Both the position numbers and the translations under genes were made by a program. A model generated the notes under the pieces. The model had not been told where the DNA came from, made no database searches, and saw only the letters and a list, made by a program, of their open reading frames with translations. Below are positions 16,319 to 26,264 of a stretch of 41,197 nt of DNA, piece by piece; within the stretch, counting starts at the first letter, position 1, and each line of letters begins with the position of its first letter. Source of the DNA: Dehalococcoidia bacterium (GTDB lineage: Bacteria > Chloroflexota > Dehalococcoidia > Lucifugimonadales > UBA2985); NCBI GenBank assembly GCA_963581795.1, contig CAUZOU010000001.1, positions 1-41,197 on the forward strand, in the 5' to 3' direction.

Positions 16319-17869
16319 ATGGCTAGAAACAGAAAAAAAGAACTAGATGAACTGATAGATGAACTCTCCGAAGAGGAAAGCGGCTCCTCAGAAAACCTTA
16401 TGGCGGCTGTGGGTTCTGCTATGAGCGAGAGTGCTAAGGAACTTGGCATCGACACCTCATCGTCCCCCCAAGGGGATGCCGACTCTGAGGCACCCATAAT
16501 TGCTACAGCACTGGTAAAAGAAGAGGTGGAAGACATTGCCGCCGAGGTAGAGGCTGAGGTTGAAGTAGAGGCCGACCTGGAAATCCCGGACATGATAGAT
16601 GACCCCGTCCGGATGTACCTTAGGGAGATAGGCCGGGTACACCTTCTGACAGCCAAGGATGAACGAAGACTCGCACGGAGCATGGAGCGTAGCATACAGA
16701 TCAAGAGCCTGGAGAAGGAGCTCACCGTTCAAGACGGCCGGCCGCCCAAGGCATACGAAATAGTCCTCCTCTTACTAAAGCGACTGGGACAGGCCTCATC
16801 TCTGGCAGATGTCCTGGGTAAGAAGATAGGACTTCCCAGCACACCGAACCTTTCGCAACTGTACTCCGACCCGCAAGTGCTAACTGCCATTGATAGCGAG
16901 ATAAACCTGGAGATGGTTGACGAGTTGGCAATGAAGCTAGAGTACCCTCCAGAAGATCTCCGCAAGGATCTCCTTCGGTTGTCCGTTAACAGTCGCATCG
17001 TACCTCCGGACGTGTTAGAAATCATAGGAGAGGAAACCCAGCTCGATAAACTTCCTCAAATCCTGGCTAACTCGGTGTTTATCAGGGACATCAGAGTGCT
17101 GGAATCCAGCCTGCGATCCAACATTGATAAGGTCGTCGGAGAGGGTGTGAACGCACAGCGCCACCTGGCAGAGGCCAACCTGCGCCTAGTTGTAAGCGTC
17201 GCCAAGAAATACATAGGCCGGGGCATGTCGCTGTTGGATCTGGTTCAAGAGGGGAACATCGGCCTAATTCGCGCCGTTGAGAAGTTCGACTACCGCAAGG
17301 GATACAAGTTCAGCACGTACGCCACATGGTGGATACGACAGGCCATAACCAGGGCCATCGCCGATCAGGCCAGAACCATCCGTATCCCAGTTCACATGGT
17401 GGAGACCATCAACAAGCTCATGCGCACCAGTCGCCGACTGGTGCAGGAGTTTGGACGAGAGCCAACCAGTGAAGAGATTGGCCTTGACATGGAGGTCACT
17501 CCAGAAAAAGTAAGAGAAATCCTTAAGATTTCGCAGGAACCTGTGTCACTTGAAACTCCCATAGGTGAGGAAGAAGACAACCACCTGGGAGACTTCATTG
17601 AAGACAGAGGTGCCATTGCACCCGCGGACGCCGCCTCATACCAGCTTCTTAAGGAGTTAGTTGAGGATGTACTGGACACGCTCAACCCGCGAGAACGCAG
17701 AGTCCTCCAATTGCGCTTCGGCCTTGAAGACGGCCGCAGCCGCACACTGGAAGAGGTCGGCAGGGAGTTCGGCGTTACCCGCGAGCGTATCCGTCAGATT
17801 GAGGCCAAGGCATTGCGCAAGCTCCGCCACCCCTCACGATCCAGGAAACTCAAGGATTTCTTGGAATAG
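16319..17869 (+). CDS. rpoD: RNA polymerase primary sigma factor
   Basis: Acidic N-terminal region. Region 2 ([37 protein letters not shown]) and region 4 ([20 protein letters not shown]). dnaG-rpoD operon context. Confidence 0.95.
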   Translation: MARNRKKELDELIDELSEEESGSSENLMAAVGSAMSESAKELGIDTSSSPQGDADSEAPIIATALVKEEVEDIAAEVEAEVEVEADLEIPDMIDDPVRMYLREIGRVHLLTAKDERRLARSMERSIQIKSLEKELTVQDGRPPKAYEIVLLLLKRLGQASSLADVLGKKIGLPSTPNLSQLYSDPQVLTAIDSEINLEMVDELAMKLEYPPEDLRKDLLRLSVNSRIVPPDVLEIIGEETQLDKLPQILANSVFIRDIRVLESSLRSNIDKVVGEGVNAQRHLAEANLRLVVSVAKKYIGRGMSLLDLVQEGNIGLIRAVEKFDYRKGYKFSTYATWWIRQAITRAIADQARTIRIPVHMVETINKLMRTSRRLVQEFGREPTSEEIGLDMEVTPEKVREILKISQEPVSLETPIGEEEDNHLGDFIEDRGAIAPADAASYQLLKELVEDVLDTLNPRERRVLQLRFGLEDGRSRTLEEVGREFGVTRERIRQIEAKALRKLRHPSRSRKLKDFLE

Positions 17870-17923
17870 TCTGGCTGTCGCTAGACAAGCCCCCGTTGGG
17901 TGCCGGCGATATGTGGTTATACC

Positions 17924-19139
17924 CTAAAGCAAGTATGACGTTGCAAACTCTTCCTGGGTCAAGTTTGCAGCTACGGCCAACTTAGCCGCCATCTCCAAGT
18001 CTTCCAAGTCCTGCTTCTCCAGACGTATCATGTACTGTCTGGCGCTTGTATAGTAATCGGAATCTATATCCACAACACTCACCCGCGTCCTACATGTGTT
18101 AGGGTCGCGCAACTCCTGTAACGGCAGGGTCCGCAGACTTCCATCTTCTATGCAGATCAGTGCCACGCGCAGAATCTCTTCGCTTGACTCATCCATGAGG
18201 TAGCTAACAGCCCCGTAACCCAAACTGCGTGTGTAGTCGATGTCGAATGGAACGGGTGCCGCCGAACGCAGTCCGTAGCCCAAGGTAGTTTCCACAACGG
18301 GTAGTTCTTCATTCCGTTCGGCAAACCTCCTCTGTATCTCTCTCCGAAGGACAGGGTGTATCTCCTCAAGGCGAACGTGCCCGTACGGATCGTGCCTTAC
18401 CTCCACACCGGGAACTCTGGACAGTTTTCTGGGTCCAGCTTGGCACCTATGCCCTCCAATACAACCACCATCCCATGTTCCTGACCCATCACACGTCGTT
18501 TGAAGATTGCTCCCTCGATAACTCAGTACATCTCATCCAGGAATAGACACGGCTTGGAAAACTCCTTCGGTATAATCGTAATCGTTGCCCCTGTCGATTT
18601 GCCGACACCCAGGGCCAAGTGCCCCGCGGTGCGTACCATCACCGCCACTAGATACCACCTATTCGTGGTACGCGAGTCCTTTATGAGATTGAGCCCCGTC
18701 TGAGTACCCACCTGCCTCGCGGTCTCGAAGCCAACCTCCCGGCAATGGCAAGTCGTTGTCTATGGTCTTGTGGACATGTACTACACGCAATGGGCCATAG
18801 GAGGAATTGGCCATCTCGGAAGCACCGAAAGCGGTATCGTCGCCACCTATGGTAACGAGATAGCCAATTCCAAGCAAGATGAGGGTTTGACAGACCTGCT
18901 GCAAGTCCTCAGGGCTTTGGTAGGGTTGGCGCGTGAGGTACGCAGGATGGAGCCGCCCTGCAAGTGAATGAGTGGGGCCGTATCTGATCGATGCGACCGT
19001 CTATGAGATGCTGAAAACCGTCCCCCACGTCTAGTCCAGAGTTGATGGCCTCTATAGTGGCGGCATTGATAACGCTATTTACCCCCAGTGCGGGCCAGCC
19101 TCCCACCAGAATACCAAGTTTTTTGGCACTACTACTCAT
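17924..19139 (-). pseudogene. pfk: 6-phosphofructokinase (ATP/PPi-dependent PFK family) disrupted by several frameshifts and an in-frame stop
   Basis: PFK-like segments lie in different frames: KKLGILVGGWPALGVNSVI (from 19139); GGSILRTSRANPTK; IGGDDTAFGA...KTIDNDLPLP (18904 frame); FETA...RWYLVAVMVRTAGHLALG...IIPKEF (18711 frame, ends at TGA 18523-18525); then GMVVVLEGIG; then DPYGHVRL...LGYGLRSA (18406 frame). Confidence 0.8.
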
Positions 19140-19438
19140 GTGTCCCTCTCATGTCAATAATTGTGCAATACTGTGGCAATAGATGCAGGAAGAAGGTAGA
19201 GACACAACCGCTAACATGGCTACTATCAGGTAGTACCCATCACATGATACACTACTCAAACTTCCTGAGACTGGACTTGTTGCCTAGGCTAAGGCAATTG
19301 CTAGCTCAAGCCCTGTTCCTCTTGTTTCTCATCAAGTTCCTTCAACAGATGGTCCATCGCAATTCTGCTCTCCATTTCTGGCAACGAGATAACAAAACGC
19401 TGCTGCCAGCTGGTGGTAACAGCGTTGTAGCAGAGGAA

Positions 19439-19514
19439 TGGTACCCCAGACAGGACTCGAACCCGTAACCTACGGCTTAGAAGGCCGTCGCTCTATCCTT
19501 TGAGCTACTGGGGC
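19439..19514 (-). tRNA. tRNA-Arg(TCT)
   Basis: On the reverse complement: acceptor GCCCCAG/CTGGGGT, anticodon stem ACGGC/GCCGT with loop CTTCTAA, T arm ACGGG-TTCGAGT-CCTGT, encoded CCA. Confidence 0.9.
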
Positions 19515-19578
19515 GTGATAGCATATCCATTCTAGCAACTGTTGGCCGAGTCGCCAAGAGTGCCTCTTTGGACGTCCC

Positions 19579-20070
19579 CTAATCCTCCGAAGATGTGCTA
19601 ACCCTGTGCACCATCAGGTTTCCGGAACCAATGTGATTGATGTCCTCAATGCTAAGTTGCCCCACCGCTCCGCTGGTGGTGAGATATTTCTGAACCCGTG
19701 TGCCTATCGGCCTCGAGGCCACAAGGGCCATCAGAGCAACTGATACCGCCCTTGGTACATTCCTCCACCGTTGTTCAGTTCCAAGGGCCACGGCACAGGC
19801 CAGCCCAGTCAACGTCGCCGTGACCACTAGGTTGGTCCCACAGTACGGTGATATGGCAAGCTCTTCTTCTCCTGCCTTCAGGTGTTCCAGAGCCTCATAG
19901 GCAGCACGGGAGAGTACGTCAGTCGGTACATCACCGTATACAAAGAACCCCCACTGCGTGGAGTTGCCTCCCAGAATGCGGTGCTCGTCCAATTTGGACT
20001 GTGCAATGGTTATGGTTGCGTGTTCCAGAGCGTGGTTTTGGCGTATCTTCTTCAGAAAGTCTAGGTTCAA
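19579..20070 (-). CDS. conserved hypothetical membrane-associated protein (I recall a DUF6391-like family; unverified)
   Basis: 163-aa ORF with an N-terminal NHALEHAT (HxxEH) motif, SPYCGTN, and two hydrophobic segments. TTG start 6-7 nt after GGGGA. Confidence 0.6.
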   Translation of the reverse strand: MNLDFLKKIRQNHALEHATITIAQSKLDEHRILGGNSTQWGFFVYGDVPTDVLSRAAYEALEHLKAGEEELAISPYCGTNLVVTATLTGLACAVALGTEQRWRNVPRAVSVALMALVASRPIGTRVQKYLTTSGAVGQLSIEDINHIGSGNLMVHRVSTSSED

Positions 20071-20179
20071 TATATTCCCCGTAATGCCAGGCAGTCTGCC
20101 TTAATGATACCATTCCATCAAACCGTATGTACATTTGAGTTGGTACACAGAAGTTGATACGGGCTAGGGAAAACCGTTC

Positions 20180-20662
20180 CTAGTCGGCCAGGATTATCTT
20201 GCCCAACTCTATTCCGCTCATGGTGACCACCGTGACGATTATCCCTGCAATCAGCACTCCCAGTGCTATCAACGGTATAGCTCGACGTGGCGGTATGCGA
20301 AAAGTCCAGGCGGCCAGTGAGCCGGTCCACGCTCCGGTCATCGGCAATGGGATGGCAACCAATATAACAAGGGCAAGGGCACCATATCTGTCGAACCGGC
20401 CTGACTGTATCCTCCGTAATCGATTTTCCTGCCATGTAAGCAGCTTGCCAGCCGGGTTCGAGAAGCTCGACAACATCCTTGAAAGACAGTCCAAGCCAGG
20501 CACCAGTACAAGTACGGGGACTACATTACCAACCACAGCTATGGGGAGTGCCACATACCAAACGATGTCGTAGCTGTAGATGGCAAGGGGAATAGCCAGC
20601 CGAAGCTCACCTATAGGAGTCATGGCTGCGACAAAGGTCACCAGAAGGTCTAAGAACTCCAT
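20180..20662 (-). CDS. small multidrug export-like membrane protein (COG2426 / Sm_multidrug_ex type)
   Basis: 160 aa with four hydrophobic helices: MTPIGELRLAIPLAI..., PLPMTGAWTGSLAAW. AGGAG RBS before the ATG. Confidence 0.7.
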   Translation of the reverse strand: MEFLDLLVTFVAAMTPIGELRLAIPLAIYSYDIVWYVALPIAVVGNVVPVLVLVPGLDCLSRMLSSFSNPAGKLLTWQENRLRRIQSGRFDRYGALALVILVAIPLPMTGAWTGSLAAWTFRIPPRRAIPLIALGVLIAGIIVTVVTMSGIELGKIILAD

Positions 20663-20803
20663 TAGCTCCTAAGGATACACGAAGCTGCAAGACCTGAACA
20701 GTAAACAGCGGTAAATTCGACACCGTTTTCCAATTGGAGATAAAATCTGGTATTCTGATGTACCTTGAAACAAAACGATTAATCATCAAAGGATGGTGCA
20801 TCT

Positions 20804-21577
20804 ATGTATCCGATAGACCTAAGTGGCAAAAAGGGAGTGGTATTCGGGGTTGCCAATGAGCACAGCATTGCCTGGCCGATTGCCCAGATACTCCACCAAG
20901 CAGGGACAAAATTGGCAATCACCTATCAGAACGAACGCTTCGGAGAGCGTGTCTCACGCATGACGGAATCCATGGAAGACGTTACGCTGTTGGAATGCGA
21001 TGTGAGCAAAGACGAGTCCATCATCGCGACCTTCGATAGTATGAAACAGGACTTCGGCAACCTGGATTTTGTGGTGCACAGCATCGCCTTCGCCAACAGG
21101 GACGACCTGAAGGGAGACTTTTCAAAGACTGCGCGGGACAGCTTCCTCATGTCCATAGACATCAGCGCTTACTCCCTCATCCCCATAGTGAGATACGCAA
21201 CCCCTCTTATGGAAGAGGGCGGGAGCGTAGTGGCCATGACGTTCCAGGCATCCGAGAAAGTGTTCCCAGGTTACAACGTCATGGGTACCGCCAAAGCAGC
21301 CCTTGAGAACGAGGTGCGCCAACTATCGCAGGAGTTCGGAGAGCGTAACATAAGGGTGAACGCAGTCTCTGCCGGGCCTCTGGAAACTCTGGCATCCAGG
21401 GGTATCCACGGCTTTCCAGACATGAGAAAGATTCACGCGGAAAGAGCACCATTGAAGCGTAACATCACCCACGAAGAGGTCGCCAAGACGGCGCTGTTCC
21501 TGTGTAGCGACCTATCCAGCGGAATTACGGGAACCATTATCCCCGTGGACGGCGGATACCACATCATGGGTATCTAG
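20804..21577 (+). CDS. fabI: enoyl-[acyl-carrier-protein] reductase (NADH)
   Basis: GKKGVVFGVANEHSIAW, HSIAFA, YNVMGTAKAALE (Y-x6-K) and SAGP motifs. Confidence 0.93.
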   Translation: MYPIDLSGKKGVVFGVANEHSIAWPIAQILHQAGTKLAITYQNERFGERVSRMTESMEDVTLLECDVSKDESIIATFDSMKQDFGNLDFVVHSIAFANRDDLKGDFSKTARDSFLMSIDISAYSLIPIVRYATPLMEEGGSVVAMTFQASEKVFPGYNVMGTAKAALENEVRQLSQEFGERNIRVNAVSAGPLETLASRGIHGFPDMRKIHAERAPLKRNITHEEVAKTALFLCSDLSSGITGTIIPVDGGYHIMGI

Positions 21578-21654
21578 TGTCAGCCGTGCAATCCCACGGG
21601 AGTCCTTGCAAAGCTGACAACAGAGATAAGCTCACTTGTTGCTTACCGCTGCTT

Positions 21655-22608
21655 CTAATCGAACCTTATCCGCGGGTCGAGCCAGCCGTAGCTGAGATCT
21701 ACCAACAAATTGGTTAGTATGATCCAACCAGCGAAGAAGAGCACCAGAGTCTGCACCACCGGGTAGTCCCACCTGCTCAGACTATAAACGAGATACTGCC
21801 CCATACCTGGTAGCAAAAAAATGGTCTCCAAGATTACCGAACCACCAAGAATTCCCGCAGCCTGTATGCCTATGATAGTGATCACGGGCAGCATGGCATT
21901 CTTCATGGCGTGGCGGTATACCACTGTGTAGTACCTCAGACCCTTAGCATGTGCGGTCCTGATATAGTCCTGACGCAACACCTCAAGCATGGTGGAACGC
22001 ATCATCCTGGCCTTGCTAGCCATGGATGATGTGCCGAGGGCGAATGCAGGCCAGAAGAACATCCCCAGGTTCTCAAGTGGATTGGTGAATATGGAAACGT
22101 ATTCCAACCGCGGACTCCAGTTGAAGTAGACCATGCCCCAAAGGATTATCATTGTGGCAATCCAGAAATTCGGTATCGACAGTCCCAACAGGGAGAATAT
22201 CCTGATGCTATAGTCCGCCCACTGGTCCTGCTTCAATGCCATTATGATCCCTGCCGGTATCCCCAAGATAATAGAGATCCCCAAAGTCAGTAATGATAGC
22301 TCTATGGTCAGAGGAATTTTCTTCTTGATCTGTGGCCATATGGGCTTGCTATCAACAAGCGAAGTGCCCCACTGTAGTGTAAAGAAATCCCTCATCCAAG
22401 TGACATACTGTACCGGCAGTGGCCTATTAAGCCCAAGCTGCTCACGCAGGAGTTCGGCTGTCTCTTCTGAATAGAACGCGTCCTCTCCTCCCAGGATGAC
22501 GTCCACCACGTCCCCAGGTGCTATTCGCAGAATGGCAAAGACTATCAACGACACCATTAATGCCGAGATTGCCCCAAGGAATATCCTTCGAATCGTGTAT
22601 TGTAGCAT
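21655..22608 (-). CDS. ABC transporter permease, peptide/nickel (DppB/OppB) family
   Basis: N-terminal MLQYTIRRIFLGAISALMVSLIVFAILRIAPGD, six TM helices, and the EAA-like loop RTAHAKGLRYYTVVYRHAMKNA. Confidence 0.9.
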   Translation of the reverse strand: MLQYTIRRIFLGAISALMVSLIVFAILRIAPGDVVDVILGGEDAFYSEETAELLREQLGLNRPLPVQYVTWMRDFFTLQWGTSLVDSKPIWPQIKKKIPLTIELSLLTLGISIILGIPAGIIMALKQDQWADYSIRIFSLLGLSIPNFWIATMIILWGMVYFNWSPRLEYVSIFTNPLENLGMFFWPAFALGTSSMASKARMMRSTMLEVLRQDYIRTAHAKGLRYYTVVYRHAMKNAMLPVITIIGIQAAGILGGSVILETIFLLPGMGQYLVYSLSRWDYPVVQTLVLFFAGWIILTNLLVDLSYGWLDPRIRFD

Positions 22609-22651
22609 GGTTCCTCTTCGTTTCTATTTGGAACGTTTGTCGGGACGTATT

Positions 22652-23668
22652 CTAAGCGTGCGCCCCTGGTACTGTGAGATTATCTATCATAGACGTAACA
22701 ACCCTGGAGCCGTCCGTACCGCGGGCTTTGGCTTCCGGCGTGATAATGAGGCGATGTGCAAGCACCGCCACAGCCAATTCCTTCACATCATCTGGAACAA
22801 CGAACTCACGACCTCTTATGAGGGCCAGAGCCTGGGATGCTCTGAACAGGGACAGAGACCCTCTGTGAGAGGCTCCCAGAACTATATCCTGATGCTGCCG
22901 TGACGCATGAGTAAGAGATACTATGTATTGACGCACAAGGGGGTCTACAAAGATGCCCTTGGCCTCCTCCTGCACAAATATCAACTTCTCTGGTGAGGTA
23001 ACTGCGGTCACCTCATCTATGGGGTTCTGCTTTTCCTGTCGCCCTATGATGTCCATCTCCTCTTCAAAGGTCGCATATCCAAGGGTGACACGGACCATAA
23101 AGCGATCCAACTCTGCTTCAGGAAGTGGGAAGATGCCGTGGTACTCCACAGGGTTCAGAGTAGCAATGATGAAGAAGGGCCTAGGCAGGTCATGAGTAAC
23201 ACCATCCACCGTGACCTTCCCTTCCTCCATTGATTCCAACAGAGCAGCCTGTGTCTTGGAAGGTGCCCGGTTTATCTCGTCAGCCAGGACCAACTGTGTC
23301 ATAAGCGGCCCCTGCCTGAACTCGAAGTCCCCTGTCTTCTGGTTATATATGTTGACGCCGGTTATATCACTGGGCAGAAGGTCAGGCACAAACTGTATCC
23401 GCTTGAAGCCGCATCCTGATGATATGGCTATTGCCTTTGCAAGCGTGGTCTTTCCAAGCCCCGGCACATCCTCTATTAACAGATGTCCCTGTGCTATGAG
23501 CGCGATCAGACTCAACTCGACGGCACGTTCCTTGCCTACAATAACCGTGTTAATGCTATCTAGCAGTTGATGTGCTATTTGTGATGCTTGGACTAGTTGA
23601 TTCAAGCCTTCCTCGCATGGCCAATTTTTACCCAGCAAGTGTACCACGACAGTATATAAATATGTCAC
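22652..23668 (-). CDS. MoxR-family AAA+ ATPase
   Basis: Walker A PGLGKTTLAKA, Walker B LADEINRAPSKTQAALLESMEE, and the MoxR-type C-terminal lid. The GTG 23668 start is uncertain; TTG 23605 is an alternative. Confidence 0.92.
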   Translation of the reverse strand: MTYLYTVVVHLLGKNWPCEEGLNQLVQASQIAHQLLDSINTVIVGKERAVELSLIALIAQGHLLIEDVPGLGKTTLAKAIAISSGCGFKRIQFVPDLLPSDITGVNIYNQKTGDFEFRQGPLMTQLVLADEINRAPSKTQAALLESMEEGKVTVDGVTHDLPRPFFIIATLNPVEYHGIFPLPEAELDRFMVRVTLGYATFEEEMDIIGRQEKQNPIDEVTAVTSPEKLIFVQEEAKGIFVDPLVRQYIVSLTHASRQHQDIVLGASHRGSLSLFRASQALALIRGREFVVPDDVKELAVAVLAHRLIITPEAKARGTDGSRVVTSMIDNLTVPGAHA

Positions 23669-23693
23669 TCAGCAATGAAACAACAGGATTTGC

Positions 23694-26264
23694 CTATCCC
23701 GATGCAGTGGCGACCTGTCTCATTTGGGCCACAAGCGTTTTCTTTATACGACGCCAGGCCCAGATTAAACGCAGTTCCTCCATGGCGGTTGGCCCCACTC
23801 CGCCATACATCTGACGCACATAGCTGTTGGATACTAACTCCACATCCTCCCTGGCCTCCGGTATGAGCAGTGAGAGACCGTTAGAGAACTCAAAAGCCGT
23901 TTGAGACACCGGTGAAGGAAAGCCAAGGAAGGTAGCCAGACGATGCACTCTCTCGTAGGCCGTTTGCCTCGACTCCAGCCCTCCGTACTGCCGCATCCAA
24001 AAGACGCGGATGAGAACGGCTCCAATTATCAGGAATAGAAGGAATAGCGCTCCGCCCATTCCAAGTGGTGTCCCAAAGTGCCGCGCAGGTAATTCCAGCG
24101 GACCTTGCCCTCCCGACAGTGGGCCGCCTATATCGTCCATAAGCTGTTCTTGTCCACCCGGGTCCCGCAACCCCTCCAACATCTCCATTCCTTCATCCCC
24201 AAGCAGATCTGTAAACATCCCTTCACCAATGAATGGACTCGAAGGGATGCCACGGGACCGAGTCGGATAAATTGGCGTTGGCTCAAATGGAACCCAGCCC
24301 ACGTTGGTGAAGTAGACCTCAGGCCATGAATGGTTGTCTTTGTCACGCACCAGAAACCCCTCTTCCCCCTCTTCTTCCGTTTGGATCTCCCCTGGGCCAA
24401 AGCCCAACACAAGGCGTGAAGGGATTCCCTGTGTCCTCAACATCATGACCATTGCCGAAGCAAAGTAGTCGCCGTAGCCCGTTTTGGACTCAAAGAGGAA
24501 GTAATCAACCGTATCGGCATCGTGGGGAATGGTCTGTGAGCTTACGCTATACTCCATGGTTCTCAGGTAAGTTTCTATTATTACCGCCTTGTCGTAGATA
24601 TTGGTTGCACTGGACACAATATTTGATGTCAGCATAGATACACGTCCTGGTAGAGAAGCCGGGATCTGAACGTAGCGATCCAGTATCCCAAGCGGATATT
24701 CCTCCGTGCCGTTACGCAGAGACTCTTCACTCGCAAAGGCGAACCTGGAAGTGACAGTATATTGACTGCCTGGTTTCAATCGCTCAAGTGGCTTCATGGA
24801 GACAGTAGTATTCACCAGCGGGGACTGCACGACGTCCAGACTCACAATTGTTCCCTGGCTATCTATGGCCTCTCTAAGATCTGTATAGTAGGAATCTGAG
24901 TTCCTATCCACATCAAGAGTTGCCATTCCGCCGGAAGGTGATGCCTCCTTGATTACTCTAGATACCAAAATGTCGCTGGGAATGACATTCACGAACTGGT
25001 TGCCACTGCTATTCACATATTCGGCCAGTGTCAATGCAGTTCTCTGCAGACCCAATGGCAAATCCCTGTTCTGTTCTGTATCCGCCAGGTCAAGACGGAA
25101 TGCCTTGGATGCAGGCACGTTCCGTTCGCCATTCGGAAATAGGGAAAGCGGTTCCCCCGCAATCATCAAATAGGGAGATTCCACGTACATATCCACCTGA
25201 TAGACGACACCGGACGCGCCCTCTTCTTGGTCATCCGTTAATTGCTGTGCTAGCGAGATTACCAGTTCCGATTCGGTATCCCCCACCTTCCACGCCTTGG
25301 ACGTATACTCGTCATAGGCTATGGCCGGCCAGTAAAGAGGATAACGAGCGTCTGAGAAGAGGATGAGGTCGTCTGCAATAGGCACTGGTCTCACCAACGG
25401 AAGAACCGAGCCAAAGAAGCGTATGGATGTGGGGTTATAGCCAGGAACCCCTGCAAATACTCTATAAAGCCTGTCCTGGAGGTTATCCACCACATTATCC
25501 ACCGGCTCAAAGACCCATTCCAGGGGGGCGGCGGGAGACTTCCCGACGGGAAGCAATACGGTTGCAGCCAGGATGACGGCACTCAGCCATATGCCATGAA
25601 ACAGTGACAAAGCATGAATTGAGGAGGGATATGGAGTGCCCGTTGTACGCAACAGCCTGCGCTGGCCGAGGCTGGTCATATGCACCAGCATCAGCAGTCC
25701 AAAGGTGAGGAAGACAAATAGATAAACGGAAAACCGTTCCGGCAAATATGTAAGGTTGATAATGGTTCCCACCCCTATTGGCACTACGCTCATCCATACG
25801 TTTTGATATTTGAAAAGACCCCAGGACGTGAAATATGCCACAGCCCAGGTTACGCCTATAATGGTGACGGAGAGCGGCAGACCATCAGTAGTAGCATCCT
25901 CCCCTACCAGCACAAGCAACCATTGTACTAACCTGCTATTCATTTCACCGAATCTCAGGTACCACTGATCTGCTTCTACAAGGTACAGCCCTCCCAAGTA
26001 GGCAAAGAGGCCCCCAGCCATGACTACCCAGAGATGCTGCAGTCTGCCGTACTCCCTTAGATTGAACAACAGATTAGCGGCCAACGCTGCCAGGAAAGCA
26101 AACATCACAAGAGGAGGGGATTCCACCCATCCAGCGACCTGTACCGATGTGGCAGCCGTTGCCAACAGGCCCACCTGAAGCCAAAACGTTACGCCGAGCA
26201 CCCGGGCAAGGCCCTTTATGCGGTACCCAGATAACAAGTAGGAACTCTTTGCCTGTAGAGTCAT
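23694..26264 (-). CDS. transglutaminase-like membrane protein (N-terminal multi-TM, TGase core, C-terminal TM plus DUF4129-like tail)
   Basis: Core FLFESKTGYGDYFASAMVMMLRTQGIPSRLVLGF...NHSWPEVYF...GWVPFEPT. ATG 26264 forms an ATGA overlap with the DUF58 stop, so I prefer it to the ORF-track start at 26315. Confidence 0.88.
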   Translation of the reverse strand: MTLQAKSSYLLSGYRIKGLARVLGVTFWLQVGLLATAATSVQVAGWVESPPLVMFAFLAALAANLLFNLREYGRLQHLWVVMAGGLFAYLGGLYLVEADQWYLRFGEMNSRLVQWLLVLVGEDATTDGLPLSVTIIGVTWAVAYFTSWGLFKYQNVWMSVVPIGVGTIINLTYLPERFSVYLFVFLTFGLLMLVHMTSLGQRRLLRTTGTPYPSSIHALSLFHGIWLSAVILAATVLLPVGKSPAAPLEWVFEPVDNVVDNLQDRLYRVFAGVPGYNPTSIRFFGSVLPLVRPVPIADDLILFSDARYPLYWPAIAYDEYTSKAWKVGDTESELVISLAQQLTDDQEEGASGVVYQVDMYVESPYLMIAGEPLSLFPNGERNVPASKAFRLDLADTEQNRDLPLGLQRTALTLAEYVNSSGNQFVNVIPSDILVSRVIKEASPSGGMATLDVDRNSDSYYTDLREAIDSQGTIVSLDVVQSPLVNTTVSMKPLERLKPGSQYTVTSRFAFASEESLRNGTEEYPLGILDRYVQIPASLPGRVSMLTSNIVSSATNIYDKAVIIETYLRTMEYSVSSQTIPHDADTVDYFLFESKTGYGDYFASAMVMMLRTQGIPSRLVLGFGPGEIQTEEEGEEGFLVRDKDNHSWPEVYFTNVGWVPFEPTPIYPTRSRGIPSSPFIGEGMFTDLLGDEGMEMLEGLRDPGGQEQLMDDIGGPLSGGQGPLELPARHFGTPLGMGGALFLLFLIIGAVLIRVFWMRQYGGLESRQTAYERVHRLATFLGFPSPVSQTAFEFSNGLSLLIPEAREDVELVSNSYVRQMYGGVGPTAMEELRLIWAWRRIKKTLVAQMRQVATASG

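Noticed and set aside
18523-18525. In-frame TGA in pfk as a possible selenocysteine or recoding site
   Set aside because: PFK has no Sec position there, no SECIS-like hairpin follows, and the gene carries several other lesions.
19088-19468. 126-aa plus-strand ORF
   Set aside because: It overlaps the pfk N-terminus antisense and runs into tRNA-Arg(TCT), with no motif.
20663-20803. Possible guanidine or other riboswitch ahead of the small multidrug export-like gene
   Set aside because: I could not find any conserved riboswitch core (ykkC, mini-ykkC, SAM and others) by eye in this divergent spacer. Only a covariance search could revive the idea.
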